From the IMG/VR virus record IMGVR_UViG_3300030330_001942, positions 1 through 32,442 of that record: a stretch of DNA of 32,442 nt. One strand, 5' to 3'. The notes under the pieces were generated by a model, which searched no databases, was not told the origin of the DNA, and was given only the letters and a program-made list of their open reading frames with translations. The DNA comes from a virus. Its lineage: Duplodnaviria; Caudoviricetes. Below are positions 1 to 9,134 of this stretch, piece by piece. The position numbers and the translations under genes were made by a program. Position 1 is the stretch's first letter. Every line of letters starts with the position of its first letter.

Positions 1-669
1 AATTTGAGCCATATCCGAACCGTTCACTTTGTAAGTATCTTTTAAGATAATTGGTGAACAACTGAATATAGTGTCATCAGAGATTAAAGTTTCTGGCATT
101 CCAACTTGACCTTTTTTAAATTCTGAACCATAAATAAATACATCACAAGCAACACCTGCTCCCATAGTTTGACCACCTGCTTCGTAATAAGCAACGTCAA
201 AAGTTCTGTTAGCATAGTTTACAGCTGTTACAACAGCTTTGTTGCTAAATGTAGAACCTGGAGTTGCATCAGAAATCATAACTGTGTGTCCAATTCTAAT
301 TGCAATACCACCTGCTACACCTGTTTGAGGCTGAGTAGCTGGTACTATTTGAGCTGCTGGTACAGTCCATGTAGCAGTGTTTTGAGCTGCTGCTGCACCA
401 GAAGTTACTCCTGTATATTTTACGTGTAATCTACCTTGCTCCGCCCAGATTACTTTATCTGAGTTAGAAGGCATTTCTGCTCCCACCATTCTTAAGAATG
501 ATGAAATCGTTCTGTTACCATAACGCTCGAATTCTTTTTCATACGTATCTGGTAGATAAGTACTTAAGAAATCGAAGTTATTGATATAATTAGTGGTTGT
601 TGTAATCTGTTGAGCACTTGGCTGCAACTGAAAATTTAACAAGCCACCTGTTTCAATACTTCCTGGCAT
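1..669 (-). CDS. Major capsid protein, N-terminal part (runs off the window)
   Basis: Not in the ORF track. ATG at 669 opens a frame to position 1: MPGSIETGGLLNFQLQP...FDFLSTYLPDTYEKEFERYGNRTISSFLRMVGAEMPSNSDKVIWAEQGRLH...YGSEFKKG...SPIILKDTYKVNGSDMAQI. It follows terminase-portal-scaffold and resembles Bacteroidota phage capsid proteins. Confidence 0.85.
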   Translation of the reverse strand, partial: MPGSIETGGLLNFQLQPSAQQITTTTNYINNFDFLSTYLPDTYEKEFERYGNRTISSFLRMVGAEMPSNSDKVIWAEQGRLHVKYTGVTSGAAAAQNTATWTVPAAQIVPATQPQTGVAGGIAIRIGHTVMISDATPGSTFSNKAVVTAVNYANRTFDVAYYEAGGQTMGAGVACDVFIYGSEFKKGQVGMPETLISDDTIFSCSPIILKDTYKVNGSDMAQI

Positions 670-698
670 AATTTTTAATTTTTTTTAAGTTTAATAAA

Positions 699-1790
699 TC
701 ATTTTCTCATTCGTGAACTCCTAATTGTAAGTCTGTTTCCAGAATCACTATTAAGACTTCTAATTTGCGTTCCCCCTTTTTGTACAACTTCTGGTGCTGA
801 ACGTAACTTCATATTTATATTTTTAGTTTTACGTGCATCACTTTCTATTGCTTCAGCTTTACCCTGCTCATAAAAGAACTGAGCAAACTTTTCAGGGTTC
901 ATCGCTAATGATAACGCTCTATGATACCCAGGAGCATCTGCCATCAAACCATCTTCACCTATATATTTATCAACAAAGTTCATAATATTAGATTGAGATT
1001 TTTTTAATTCTTCAGTCTCACCTGGATTATACATTACGCTATTTTCACCTATCTTAAACTCAAAACCTTTGAATTCGTTGGAAAACACCTCATCTGTTTT
1101 TTTCGCAAACCAGTCATACTTTCTTTTTTGTAGTTCCTGTTGCGTCTTCGCATCATCAACATATTGTCTATACTGTTTCAATTCTTCAGCTTCCTTGCTA
1201 GATAAAGCATCCTTACTTGACTCAAGAGGTTGCTTGTACTTATCTTTCAGGTCATTGAAGTATTTCTTAGCTTCAACAATTTTTCTTTTCTTTGCTAACT
1301 TTCTTTTTTTAATTGTTTTTTCATCATCAATTTCAGAATCATATGCATAATCATCCATCAATGCTTCTACATCTTCTTCATCAACTGCTTCTTCACTGTT
1401 TAAAAAATATTCAGTCAACAACACATCAGGATTCATTTCATCGAAGTCACGATTCAGCTTTGCATAATCTTGAATTCCACGTCCTGTTTCCTTCTTATAT
1501 TTAAAATACGCAGCGACATCTTCAGGTAAATCTTCCTTCTCCTCTCGCTTTGCCATCAAATCATCAAAAGATTCAATAGGCTTATCGTATCTATTTCTTA
1601 AATATTCAAGAACATCTTTTTCATCTAAAGATTTTTTTTCTTCAACAACAGGTTTTTCTTCAACCTTTGCAGGTTCAGATGAAACAGCTTCTTGAACTGT
1701 TTGTTTTTCTTCGTTTTCTTTAAGTAGTTTTTCTTCTACTTGAGCAGGAGATTTTTCTTCCCCTGTTACTTCTCTAACTTTTAATTCCAT
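699..1790 (-). CDS. Putative capsid scaffolding/assembly protein
   Basis: 363 aa, very Glu/Lys-rich and helical, located between portal and capsid genes. Confidence 0.65.
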   Translation of the reverse strand: MELKVREVTGEEKSPAQVEEKLLKENEEKQTVQEAVSSEPAKVEEKPVVEEKKSLDEKDVLEYLRNRYDKPIESFDDLMAKREEKEDLPEDVAAYFKYKKETGRGIQDYAKLNRDFDEMNPDVLLTEYFLNSEEAVDEEDVEALMDDYAYDSEIDDEKTIKKRKLAKKRKIVEAKKYFNDLKDKYKQPLESSKDALSSKEAEELKQYRQYVDDAKTQQELQKRKYDWFAKKTDEVFSNEFKGFEFKIGENSVMYNPGETEELKKSQSNIMNFVDKYIGEDGLMADAPGYHRALSLAMNPEKFAQFFYEQGKAEAIESDARKTKNINMKLRSAPEVVQKGGTQIRSLNSDSGNRLTIRSSRMRK

Positions 1791-1806
1791 TTAATTTAAT
1801 TTTTTA

Positions 1807-1814
1807 CAAAGTTA
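1807..1814 (-). promoter_or_regulatory. Bacteroidota -7 promoter element (TAACTTTG) for scaffold/capsid
   Basis: Matches TAnnTTTG, about 17 bp upstream of the ATG at 1790. Confidence 0.6.
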
Positions 1815-1840
1815 ATAATTAATTTTATGCTTATTTAAGC

Positions 1841-4276
1841 TTATCTAGGCTCAAACTCAGCTAAGTCAAAACCATCTAAACTGTCTTCATTAGACTCAAA
1901 TCTTTGTGGAGGTAAATTGTTTTTCCTTTGATTTATAAGTCTTGATTGTTCAGAATTAGCTTGACTTATTCTTTTGGCTTTTGCGTTTTCTCTTTGAAGT
2001 TCTCTTTGCTTCAAACCTCTTTCGCTTATGTCTCTAAGCTGTTGGTTGTAACCAAACTCTTTCTCCATCAATGTGCCTTTTAGTTGAGCCTCTGCATTAA
2101 GTCTTTCTATTTCAAAAGCAACTTTAGCTTGTTCCAACTGCATTTTTGCCTGACTTTCAGCTTGTATTTTTTCCATAGCAGTTTGAGCAGCCATTTGCTG
2201 TGATTGCATTTGAAGCTGTCCTTGTTGCTGTTGTTTCTGTAATTCAAACTGTCTGTCTTTTTCTTCTTTGGTTTTACGCTTCATTTTTAAAAGCTGATTG
2301 GCCAGCTTTAAATTATGAATCTCTCTTATATCTATTGCGTCCTCTAAATTAATATCTCCTTTTTGTAAAGCCATTTGAATGTTTTGTTCAAGCTGTGCTT
2401 TTTCTTCAGCATCAGGAGTAACTTCAATAAATATCCCAAAATCATAAATATATAAATCATTCATTTCTTCCAAAATGCTAACATTATATTTTCCTATTTG
2501 ATTTGCGAATTCATCTCTAAACTCAGCATACTCAAGTATATCAGCCATTCGATAAGAAAGACCCTCCGCTAGTGTTCTGAAAATATATAAAGAGCCATCT
2601 AATATATGTCTTGTGGCTGTATTGGAATTTAGAGCTGCAAGTTTTTGTATTCCAACTAGAGCATTCGGGTCAGGTGTACTACCATCTTTAGCTTCACTTA
2701 ATCCTGTTACTTGTCTTATCATATTAATATAGTTGTTCATATTAGTGATAAGCATTTGTGTTTTACTTGCTCCAGAATTTGATGTAAGTTGTGTAATAGG
2801 AACTTTACCTTGATTAAAGTCTCCTTCTTGAGTGTAACTTCTACCAACAACACTACCCGTTTGAAAATATAATCTCAAAGCATCCTCTGGATTATAAGCG
2901 TTACCCGTTCCTAAATCAACCTCATTCAATCCATCTGCGTCAATATAGACACCATCAGGCACAACTCTTGATATAACTTGTTGTAGTTTTAAATGAGTAA
3001 GCTGAATTAAATCTGCAAATGGAATCATTCTTCTAGTCAAAGATTCGATTCTACCTTTATACATTCTAGGAGAAGTAGTAACATAATTTGGTAATGCAGC
3101 TTGCGATGCTGACTTTGGTCTTACCATATTTTCCATCAACTCCCATTTTAACATAATGTTAGTACCCATAACCATAATACCATCATACCATACATCTATA
3201 GTTTTAGATATTCTTTTGAAGTTGTTTTCCTCCATCATTTCTTCTGGTGGGTTGAAACTATCATCTTTTTCTATAATTTTTGTAGCACCATTTTCATTTA
3301 CTTTTTTCTTATAAACATACTTCTTAGTGGTTTTATAATTAAAATAAAGTAAAGTTACCGTGTCTTTATAGAATACATTGTTTTCGTAATATTGAGAAAG
3401 GTTAAAATAATCATACCACATTTGGCTGTACTGTGATATTTCTTTCAAATCATCTTCGGTTAAAGACTGGTCAATTTTCATTAACTCAGTAATAGCAACA
3501 GTTTTTATTTCACCCCAATAAAAACAATCTTTATATTGTGGGTCTTCGGTGTAACTGTGAATCAAGTTTGCAGGGTCAACATATTTTATTTCTACTCCAG
3601 CACCTGGTAAGAACTCGTGTTTGGCAGATGCCATACCCAATACAGTTAAATCATAATCTAATCTTCTTCTTATATCATCATAATGATTTTCTGCAAAAAT
3701 TGTATCTATTCCTTCTTCTTCTGCAATCTCAATAGCTGGTTTATAATTCAGCTGCATATAGAGTGCTAGTTCTTCATCGGTGTTTGGTAAATCATCAGGA
3801 GACATTGTAAATGGATTAGCACCTGTACCCTCTTGAATTTTTGTCAACAATTCTTTTGAAACCATTTGTGCTTCTACCATATCCTGAAAAGCACTTCGCT
3901 TTGATTGTGATAATGCATCTTGAGCATATGCGTTTACTTTGAACATTCTATCGTTCATACCATTAACGACTAAATCTACAAACTTTGGTATTATAGGTAT
4001 AATACTCCAATCCAGATTTAAATACGATAAATCTCCGTCAACTGCTAATTCATTTTTATATTTGGCTATTGGTTGTTCGCCTCTTGCATACAACCTCAAT
4101 CTGTTAAAGTCTTGCCATCGACTATAGTATCTACACGAAGATGAATCTTTTCTAAACCACTCGTACTGTATGGCTTGTCCAATCATCAGACCATACTCCT
4201 CAGTTGCTTTCTCAGCATCTGACACATACTGGCTAGGGAACCCTACGTTAGATATATCTATTTTTATATCTTTCAT
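1841..4276 (-). CDS. Portal protein
   Basis: 811 aa directly downstream of TerL. Contains LRLYARGEQ and IIPKFVDLVVNG segments typical of large Bacteroidota phage portals, plus a Gln-rich coiled-coil C-terminus. Confidence 0.85.
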   Translation of the reverse strand: MKDIKIDISNVGFPSQYVSDAEKATEEYGLMIGQAIQYEWFRKDSSSCRYYSRWQDFNRLRLYARGEQPIAKYKNELAVDGDLSYLNLDWSIIPIIPKFVDLVVNGMNDRMFKVNAYAQDALSQSKRSAFQDMVEAQMVSKELLTKIQEGTGANPFTMSPDDLPNTDEELALYMQLNYKPAIEIAEEEGIDTIFAENHYDDIRRRLDYDLTVLGMASAKHEFLPGAGVEIKYVDPANLIHSYTEDPQYKDCFYWGEIKTVAITELMKIDQSLTEDDLKEISQYSQMWYDYFNLSQYYENNVFYKDTVTLLYFNYKTTKKYVYKKKVNENGATKIIEKDDSFNPPEEMMEENNFKRISKTIDVWYDGIMVMGTNIMLKWELMENMVRPKSASQAALPNYVTTSPRMYKGRIESLTRRMIPFADLIQLTHLKLQQVISRVVPDGVYIDADGLNEVDLGTGNAYNPEDALRLYFQTGSVVGRSYTQEGDFNQGKVPITQLTSNSGASKTQMLITNMNNYINMIRQVTGLSEAKDGSTPDPNALVGIQKLAALNSNTATRHILDGSLYIFRTLAEGLSYRMADILEYAEFRDEFANQIGKYNVSILEEMNDLYIYDFGIFIEVTPDAEEKAQLEQNIQMALQKGDINLEDAIDIREIHNLKLANQLLKMKRKTKEEKDRQFELQKQQQQGQLQMQSQQMAAQTAMEKIQAESQAKMQLEQAKVAFEIERLNAEAQLKGTLMEKEFGYNQQLRDISERGLKQRELQRENAKAKRISQANSEQSRLINQRKNNLPPQRFESNEDSLDGFDLAEFEPR

Positions 4277-6523
4277 TTATTGTACTAATTCACTATATAT
4301 TCCACTATTAGCATATCTTGCAAAGTTAATGCTTATTTTTGATTGTTTTTTAACAGGTGTATACAAGTGTTTTTGATTTGCCATAATGGCTAAACCCGAG
4401 CTAATTGATGCGTCAAATTTAGTTCGATTATTTATATCAAACTTAGCCCAGTCTTCTAAAGTCCTGGTAAAAATCATATCTCCCATTTCATCTTTACTTC
4501 TAAAGTTACCTTGTAAATCAAGACCAACATGCTTTTCAATATACGACTCTATTGCCGCTGCATGAGATTGTTTTACATCTTCACTTGAATTAGGTATGCC
4601 TCCTAATTCTTTTTCTGTCTTTGAAAGTTTGTTGTATGTTTTGTCTGGTCTATTAAGACTAAAACCTCTGTAACCTCTATTTTTAAAATGATATAGTAAT
4701 CTAGGTTTATTGTTTTCGCACAAAAGAGGCATACCATAAAATACGCATGCCATCAATACTTCTTCAAAAAATATTTCAGCAGTTTGTGGTCTAGCAACAT
4801 ATTCTAAAAAAAATGTATTACTTGGAGCTTTATCCATGTTAAACTTTGTCATACCATGCAAAGCTCCATTTGACCCTTTACCTCCAACAGTTCCAGATAT
4901 ATCATAGCTATCACAACCAAACGAACCAATGTGTTCATTTCCAGGATAATATATTCCATTCTTTTTTAAAACCCTGTTTCTTAAATTTTTTTCAGGTATC
5001 CAGGATAATTTAAACCTACCTCTTGTATCAGGACTAAAAACAACCTCAGTATCTTTAACACCATTTTTCCATCTAAAATTACCTACACTAATATGCTGGT
5101 CTATCAATAGAGAATCATTATAATCTATTTGTTGATATATTTTAGTAAGATTGAATAAGGATTGGTTGCTTTCGTCCCTGAACGCATGTGATTCAGTACG
5201 TGGAAATTGTCTGTAAAATTCATTCAAAGCATTTGAATCTTGCTTGAGTGAATCAACTTCGTTTTTCCAATAATCTATTGCACCAATATTTATTTCTTCA
5301 TCATCGATACCAACGACAGGTTCTTGTATGTTTGATAGTACAGGCATACCATACTTATCAATAAAACCTTCCATATTCCATTCCATAGGTATAAACAAAC
5401 TGTAAAGGCCACTTTTTGTTTGACCATTAGCATTTCGTTTTGTTATATCTGAATCTTCATACAGCTTTTTGAAACTACTCCCACCTTTACTAAGTGCATT
5501 TGATGTAGAGCCCATCATACATTTGCCTATGATTTTTCTACCTAACCTCAAACAAGTTTTTGTTACACGCCAGTTATTCAAAATGTCATTAGGCTTTATC
5601 CACTTACCACTTTCATCGTGTACTAACAATAATAACTTTTCTCCATCATAAGAGTTGTCGTCAGTATTCTTCCAGTCAATAGTAGTGTCTAATCCGTCCA
5701 TTTCAAACTCATCTTCTAGATGCATATTTTTTTTTGTAATCTTTGAAGCAGGGACACGAAAAGCTAATTCGGTTTTTGGTTTATCCATACCATCTTGAAT
5801 TGGCTTGAAAAAGAAAGGATAATTGTTTGTAATAGGAACTACTTTATCAGTAAACATTTTTTTTGCATCAGCTCCAGTTTTTGACAAGATTCCAATACGA
5901 GAATCTTTTGATATAGTAGCAATGTTAGCACATTCCTCAGAGCCCATAAAAGAAAAACCTGAACGTCTTATTTTTAAATAACAAATGCCGAAACTGCGTT
6001 TATCTGCTTTGCAAGCTTCCCAATAGATATAAAAAAGTCTATTGGCTTCTCGAAAATCAGGGTAGCCAATGTCAATTTTAGTCCACTGAAGATACATGTA
6101 ATGTGAACCAGTAATATATGTATGCACACCATTGTTCCAAAACCAATACCCTTTTTCTCTCCTTTCAAATTCTTCTTCAATGTAATCTACCCATAATTCT
6201 TTGAAAGCTGTAGGCATATCATTCCAAGTAAATATACTTGAAACTTTTGCCAAAGCTTTTGGATATTCTTTACGAACCCAATATTGTTCTTTTGTATTTT
6301 TTGGTCGTGTGCGACCATTTTGCGGACTCAAAGGCAAAGCAATAACTAAACCACTGATTGATATTATATCTCCAATCTGTCCTGTTTTGGAAATGATAAT
6401 AATATCATATTTTTCATCATATCCGTATTTCCAACTTTTGTTTTTATTTTTCTTTGATAAAACGTTTTTTGGAATTACGTCATATAACTTTTGATATAAT
6501 TTATTTTGAGTTTCTTTCTGCAA
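4277..6523 (-). CDS. terL: Terminase large subunit
   Basis: 748 aa. Walker A-like LKIRRSGFS, Walker B LLLVHDESGKW, motif III GSTS, and nuclease-domain GCDSYD and FDASIS. The TTG start is uncertain. Confidence 0.88.
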   Translation of the reverse strand: MQKETQNKLYQKLYDVIPKNVLSKKNKNKSWKYGYDEKYDIIIISKTGQIGDIISISGLVIALPLSPQNGRTRPKNTKEQYWVRKEYPKALAKVSSIFTWNDMPTAFKELWVDYIEEEFERREKGYWFWNNGVHTYITGSHYMYLQWTKIDIGYPDFREANRLFYIYWEACKADKRSFGICYLKIRRSGFSFMGSEECANIATISKDSRIGILSKTGADAKKMFTDKVVPITNNYPFFFKPIQDGMDKPKTELAFRVPASKITKKNMHLEDEFEMDGLDTTIDWKNTDDNSYDGEKLLLLVHDESGKWIKPNDILNNWRVTKTCLRLGRKIIGKCMMGSTSNALSKGGSSFKKLYEDSDITKRNANGQTKSGLYSLFIPMEWNMEGFIDKYGMPVLSNIQEPVVGIDDEEINIGAIDYWKNEVDSLKQDSNALNEFYRQFPRTESHAFRDESNQSLFNLTKIYQQIDYNDSLLIDQHISVGNFRWKNGVKDTEVVFSPDTRGRFKLSWIPEKNLRNRVLKKNGIYYPGNEHIGSFGCDSYDISGTVGGKGSNGALHGMTKFNMDKAPSNTFFLEYVARPQTAEIFFEEVLMACVFYGMPLLCENNKPRLLYHFKNRGYRGFSLNRPDKTYNKLSKTEKELGGIPNSSEDVKQSHAAAIESYIEKHVGLDLQGNFRSKDEMGDMIFTRTLEDWAKFDINNRTKFDASISSGLAIMANQKHLYTPVKKQSKISINFARYANSGIYSELVQ
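4321..4328 (-). promoter_or_regulatory. Possible internal -7 promoter element (TAACTTTG) for portal, in the 3' end of terL
   Basis: TAnnTTTG about 45 bp upstream of the portal ATG. Confidence 0.35.
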
Positions 6524-6794
6524 AGCCTTGTTTTGTATCAGTTTTTAAAATTCCTTTTTCAGCTAACTTCATATTTTCTGTTTCTGTTTGTATTCTGTTA
6601 AGTATTTCAAATGCATCAAACACTGCTAATTTTTTTGTTGCAGCTGCATTTTTTAATCTGTCCGCAGATAAATCATCTTCTGGGTCATGTTTGATGATTT
6701 TTTCTCCTGCAACTTTTATCAATTCATTCACAGCTTTTTCTCCTGCTGCAATAATTCTTAATTTAATTTGTTTTGAATTTAATTTTTTTTCCAT
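6501..6794 (-). CDS. Putative terminase small subunit
   Basis: 97 aa helical protein overlapping the terL start (RLKNAAATKKLAVFDAFEIL). The call rests mainly on position. Confidence 0.55.
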   Translation of the reverse strand: MEKKLNSKQIKLRIIAAGEKAVNELIKVAGEKIIKHDPEDDLSADRLKNAAATKKLAVFDAFEILNRIQTETENMKLAEKGILKTDTKQGFAERNSK

Positions 6795-7351
6795 ACGCCT
6801 GTAATACTTTGTGACATAATTCTATAAAGTTTTTCATCATCTACAATAAACTCATATTCAGTATCTGGTTTGAAACAAACTCTATCTCCATTCTCTACAC
6901 CTAAATCATTCAACTCTTTGTTGGCATATTTCATTATACCTATCAAAGGTTCGTGTTTTGTATTTTTATAAATAATAGATTCCTCTGTATCTATAGGTTT
7001 TACAAAACAATATTTACTGTGCGGTTTCCATTTACCGTTTTGTTTGTATAAGAAAAACTGGTCTTCATCAACAAAAAAAGTATTGTCTTTCAAAAAACTT
7101 CTACCACTTCGTTGGCGACCTTTCATGTCATAATAAAATTTAAAAACATTATGATGAACTAATAAAGTATCGCCTATTTTAATTTCTCCTGAATATCCTT
7201 TTGGCACATTAACTACTATACCTTCACGATTTGAAAACCTATGGTCTTCTTGAGAAGTACTAGTAATAATCTCAATGTCCTCGATATTTTTTGTATTATT
7301 ATATCTTCGATTATCTTTTGGAGTTATAATAAAATCAAATAAGGATTGCAT
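6779..7351 (-). CDS. GroES-like co-chaperonin with two tandem GroES-fold units
   Basis: The GroES-like pattern appears twice: FIITP...GIVVNVP...IKIGDTLLV and CFVKPI...GIMKY...VENGDRVCFKPDTEYEFIVDDEKLYRI. Confidence 0.6.
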   Translation of the reverse strand: MQSLFDFIITPKDNRRYNNTKNIEDIEIITSTSQEDHRFSNREGIVVNVPKGYSGEIKIGDTLLVHHNVFKFYYDMKGRQRSGRSFLKDNTFFVDEDQFFLYKQNGKWKPHSKYCFVKPIDTEESIIYKNTKHEPLIGIMKYANKELNDLGVENGDRVCFKPDTEYEFIVDDEKLYRIMSQSITGVWKKN

Positions 7352-7575
7352 TAAAAATTTATATTATATTCAACTGATACAGGCATCGTTGCAGAAAATG
7401 ATTTCCACAAAAACACCTTGTTTGCTTGTATGATATATATAAAATAATTTGAAGTTTTTGCATCCCACTTTATCAAATGTATTTTATAATTATTGTTTAA
7501 TACATATTGACCAATTAAATAATGCATGGCTCCTGACTTGTAGTCAGGGCCTATTGACAATTTGCGTATATCCAT
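7351..7575 (-). CDS. Hypothetical protein
   Basis: 74 aa ORF whose stop overlaps the next start. Confidence 0.7.
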   Translation of the reverse strand: MDIRKLSIGPDYKSGAMHYLIGQYVLNNNYKIHLIKWDAKTSNYFIYIIQANKVFLWKSFSATMPVSVEYNINF

Positions 7576-7579
7576 TTCA

Positions 7580-8110
7580 TTAGAATGAAGAACCTACCTG
7601 CAACACTCTATATAAAATATTAAACTGCATAGTTCCGTTTCCTTGTGTTGGATTGGCACTACCACCATCTAAAACTAAAGGGCTGTTTTGTGCTATAGCA
7701 CCTGGCAATTCAGTAATGTTTAGTACCAAATCTGTAGCTGTATTAGCTTGAGCAGCACTGATAGTTCCAAATGAAACTCCGTTAATCTTAACATTTAAGT
7801 TACCACCAAAGTCATAAACTGTTGAGCCAGGTTTTATATAAACCATAATACTTATTATGTCTATAACTTCATTGCTCAGTAAAAGATTGCTGGGTATAAT
7901 ATCTACATTTGTTGTAGCAGAAGTAAGTAATTGTGCAGAAGAAATAGTAGCTTTAGCTGTATTAGTGTTGATTCCGAAAAAATTTTGCAGTTGCTCTATT
8001 GAAACGCTTTTAGTCTGCAATGCATTTTCTTTATCAGTCATTATCAAGTAATCATCTTTGTCTAAAGTGTTTACTTGAGGATAAGAGCTTAAGTTACTAA
8101 TCTTTGCCAT
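7580..8110 (-). CDS. Putative virion/tail structural protein
   Basis: N-terminal MAKIS...D...TD...TK module shared with 13130..13852, followed by a beta-rich domain. Confidence 0.55.
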   Translation of the reverse strand: MAKISNLSSYPQVNTLDKDDYLIMTDKENALQTKSVSIEQLQNFFGINTNTAKATISSAQLLTSATTNVDIIPSNLLLSNEVIDIISIMVYIKPGSTVYDFGGNLNVKINGVSFGTISAAQANTATDLVLNITELPGAIAQNSPLVLDGGSANPTQGNGTMQFNILYRVLQVGSSF

Positions 8111-8111
8111 A

Positions 8112-8387
8112 TTATTTTACTTTTTCTAAAGACTCAACTACGTTTTCTTCTTCGGGTTGTGTTACCTCTCCAGTTTGAAGATTTATCTTAGCGTTGTCTC
8201 CGTAGGTTTTTATTAATTCTTTTTCAATTGCTGCAAACTCGTCTCGGTAAACTTTTAATTGTGCAAGTAAGTTAACTTTTTTTACCTCGCAGTCTGCTAT
8301 CTCAATTTTTATGTTTTGAAAGTTTGTGTTTAAAACTTGTAATTTACCAAGTTCTTCTGTGCTGAGTTTTTGTTCTTTTTTTGACAT
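8112..8387 (-). CDS. Small coiled-coil protein, possible fibre assembly chaperone
   Basis: 91 aa with a heptad pattern ending YGDNAKINLQTGE. It has its own promoter element upstream. Confidence 0.5.
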   Translation of the reverse strand: MSKKEQKLSTEELGKLQVLNTNFQNIKIEIADCEVKKVNLLAQLKVYRDEFAAIEKELIKTYGDNAKINLQTGEVTQPEEENVVESLEKVK

Positions 8388-8417
8388 TTTAATTAAATTT
8401 AAATATTTATAATGTTA

Positions 8418-8425
8418 CAAAGATA
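8418..8425 (-). promoter_or_regulatory. -7 promoter element (TATCTTTG)
   Basis: TAnnTTTG in the intergenic gap upstream of 8387. Confidence 0.6.
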
Positions 8426-8442
8426 AGTATTTTTTTATTGTA

Positions 8443-9132
8443 TTACTCAACTCCAATGACAGTGCCAATATCAGCCGCCTCGACTCCTATAACAGTACCA
8501 ATATCAGCTCCTTCAACTCCTGTAACTATATTATCATATCCAGCTGCCGTAGCATTGAAAGTAATCCTTGGAGTATAGCTTGCATTGTATCTAGCAGATT
8601 CGCTCAGTCCAGAAACAGAAGGTTCATCATCACTATAATCAGCATAGCTAACTACAGCAATTTTTAAGTAACCAGTACTAAAAGCACTGACAGCAGCTGA
8701 ATTCAAGGTTATATTATTTACGTTGTTGTTATCAGGCCAATAAGATTCTGAACCATCAGCATATAATGTGCTAAAATCTATATCGTCCCAACTACTGGTC
8801 GATAAATTTGAATTAGCATTTCCTTGTGCTGTTGATTTGATAATTGCATAGCCAAAATTAGTAGAAGTAAGGTTGCTAGAATCAAAGTTAAATTTTAAGT
8901 TTGTTATAGTAAAACCTGTTTGATAGCTTGTAACGTCAAAAGCATAATACGAACGTATTAGACCCCACTCGCTTCCTTTACCTCCAGATACAAAACTTAT
9001 TTTTGCTGCGAATTGATTACCGCTTGGTTGGTTTGTTACAAATATTCCAGTGGAGCCATCACGAACACCTGCCCAAGACGTGGTACTAGTAGCAGTTATA
9101 GAACCGTATTTTGAAGCATTTATTGTGGGCAT
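8443..9132 (-). CDS. Putative tail-fibre-associated beta-sandwich protein
   Basis: 229 aa, Ser/Thr/Asn-rich, adjacent to fibre genes, with a C-terminal 12-aa tandem repeat. Confidence 0.55.
   Translation of the reverse strand: MPTINASKYGSITATSTTSWAGVRDGSTGIFVTNQPSGNQFAAKISFVSGGKGSEWGLIRSYYAFDVTSYQTGFTITNLKFNFDSSNLTSTNFGYAIIKSTAQGNANSNLSTSSWDDIDFSTLYADGSESYWPDNNNVNNITLNSAAVSAFSTGYLKIAVVSYADYSDDEPSVSGLSESARYNASYTPRITFNATAAGYDNIVTGVEGADIGTVIGVEAADIGTVIGVE
8446..8526 (-). repeat. 36-bp coding tandem repeat, about 2.3 copies (GVE-x-ADIGTVI)
   Basis: The protein ends VTGVEGADIGTVIGVEAADIGTVIGVE. Confidence 0.85.
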
Positions 9133-9134
9133 AA

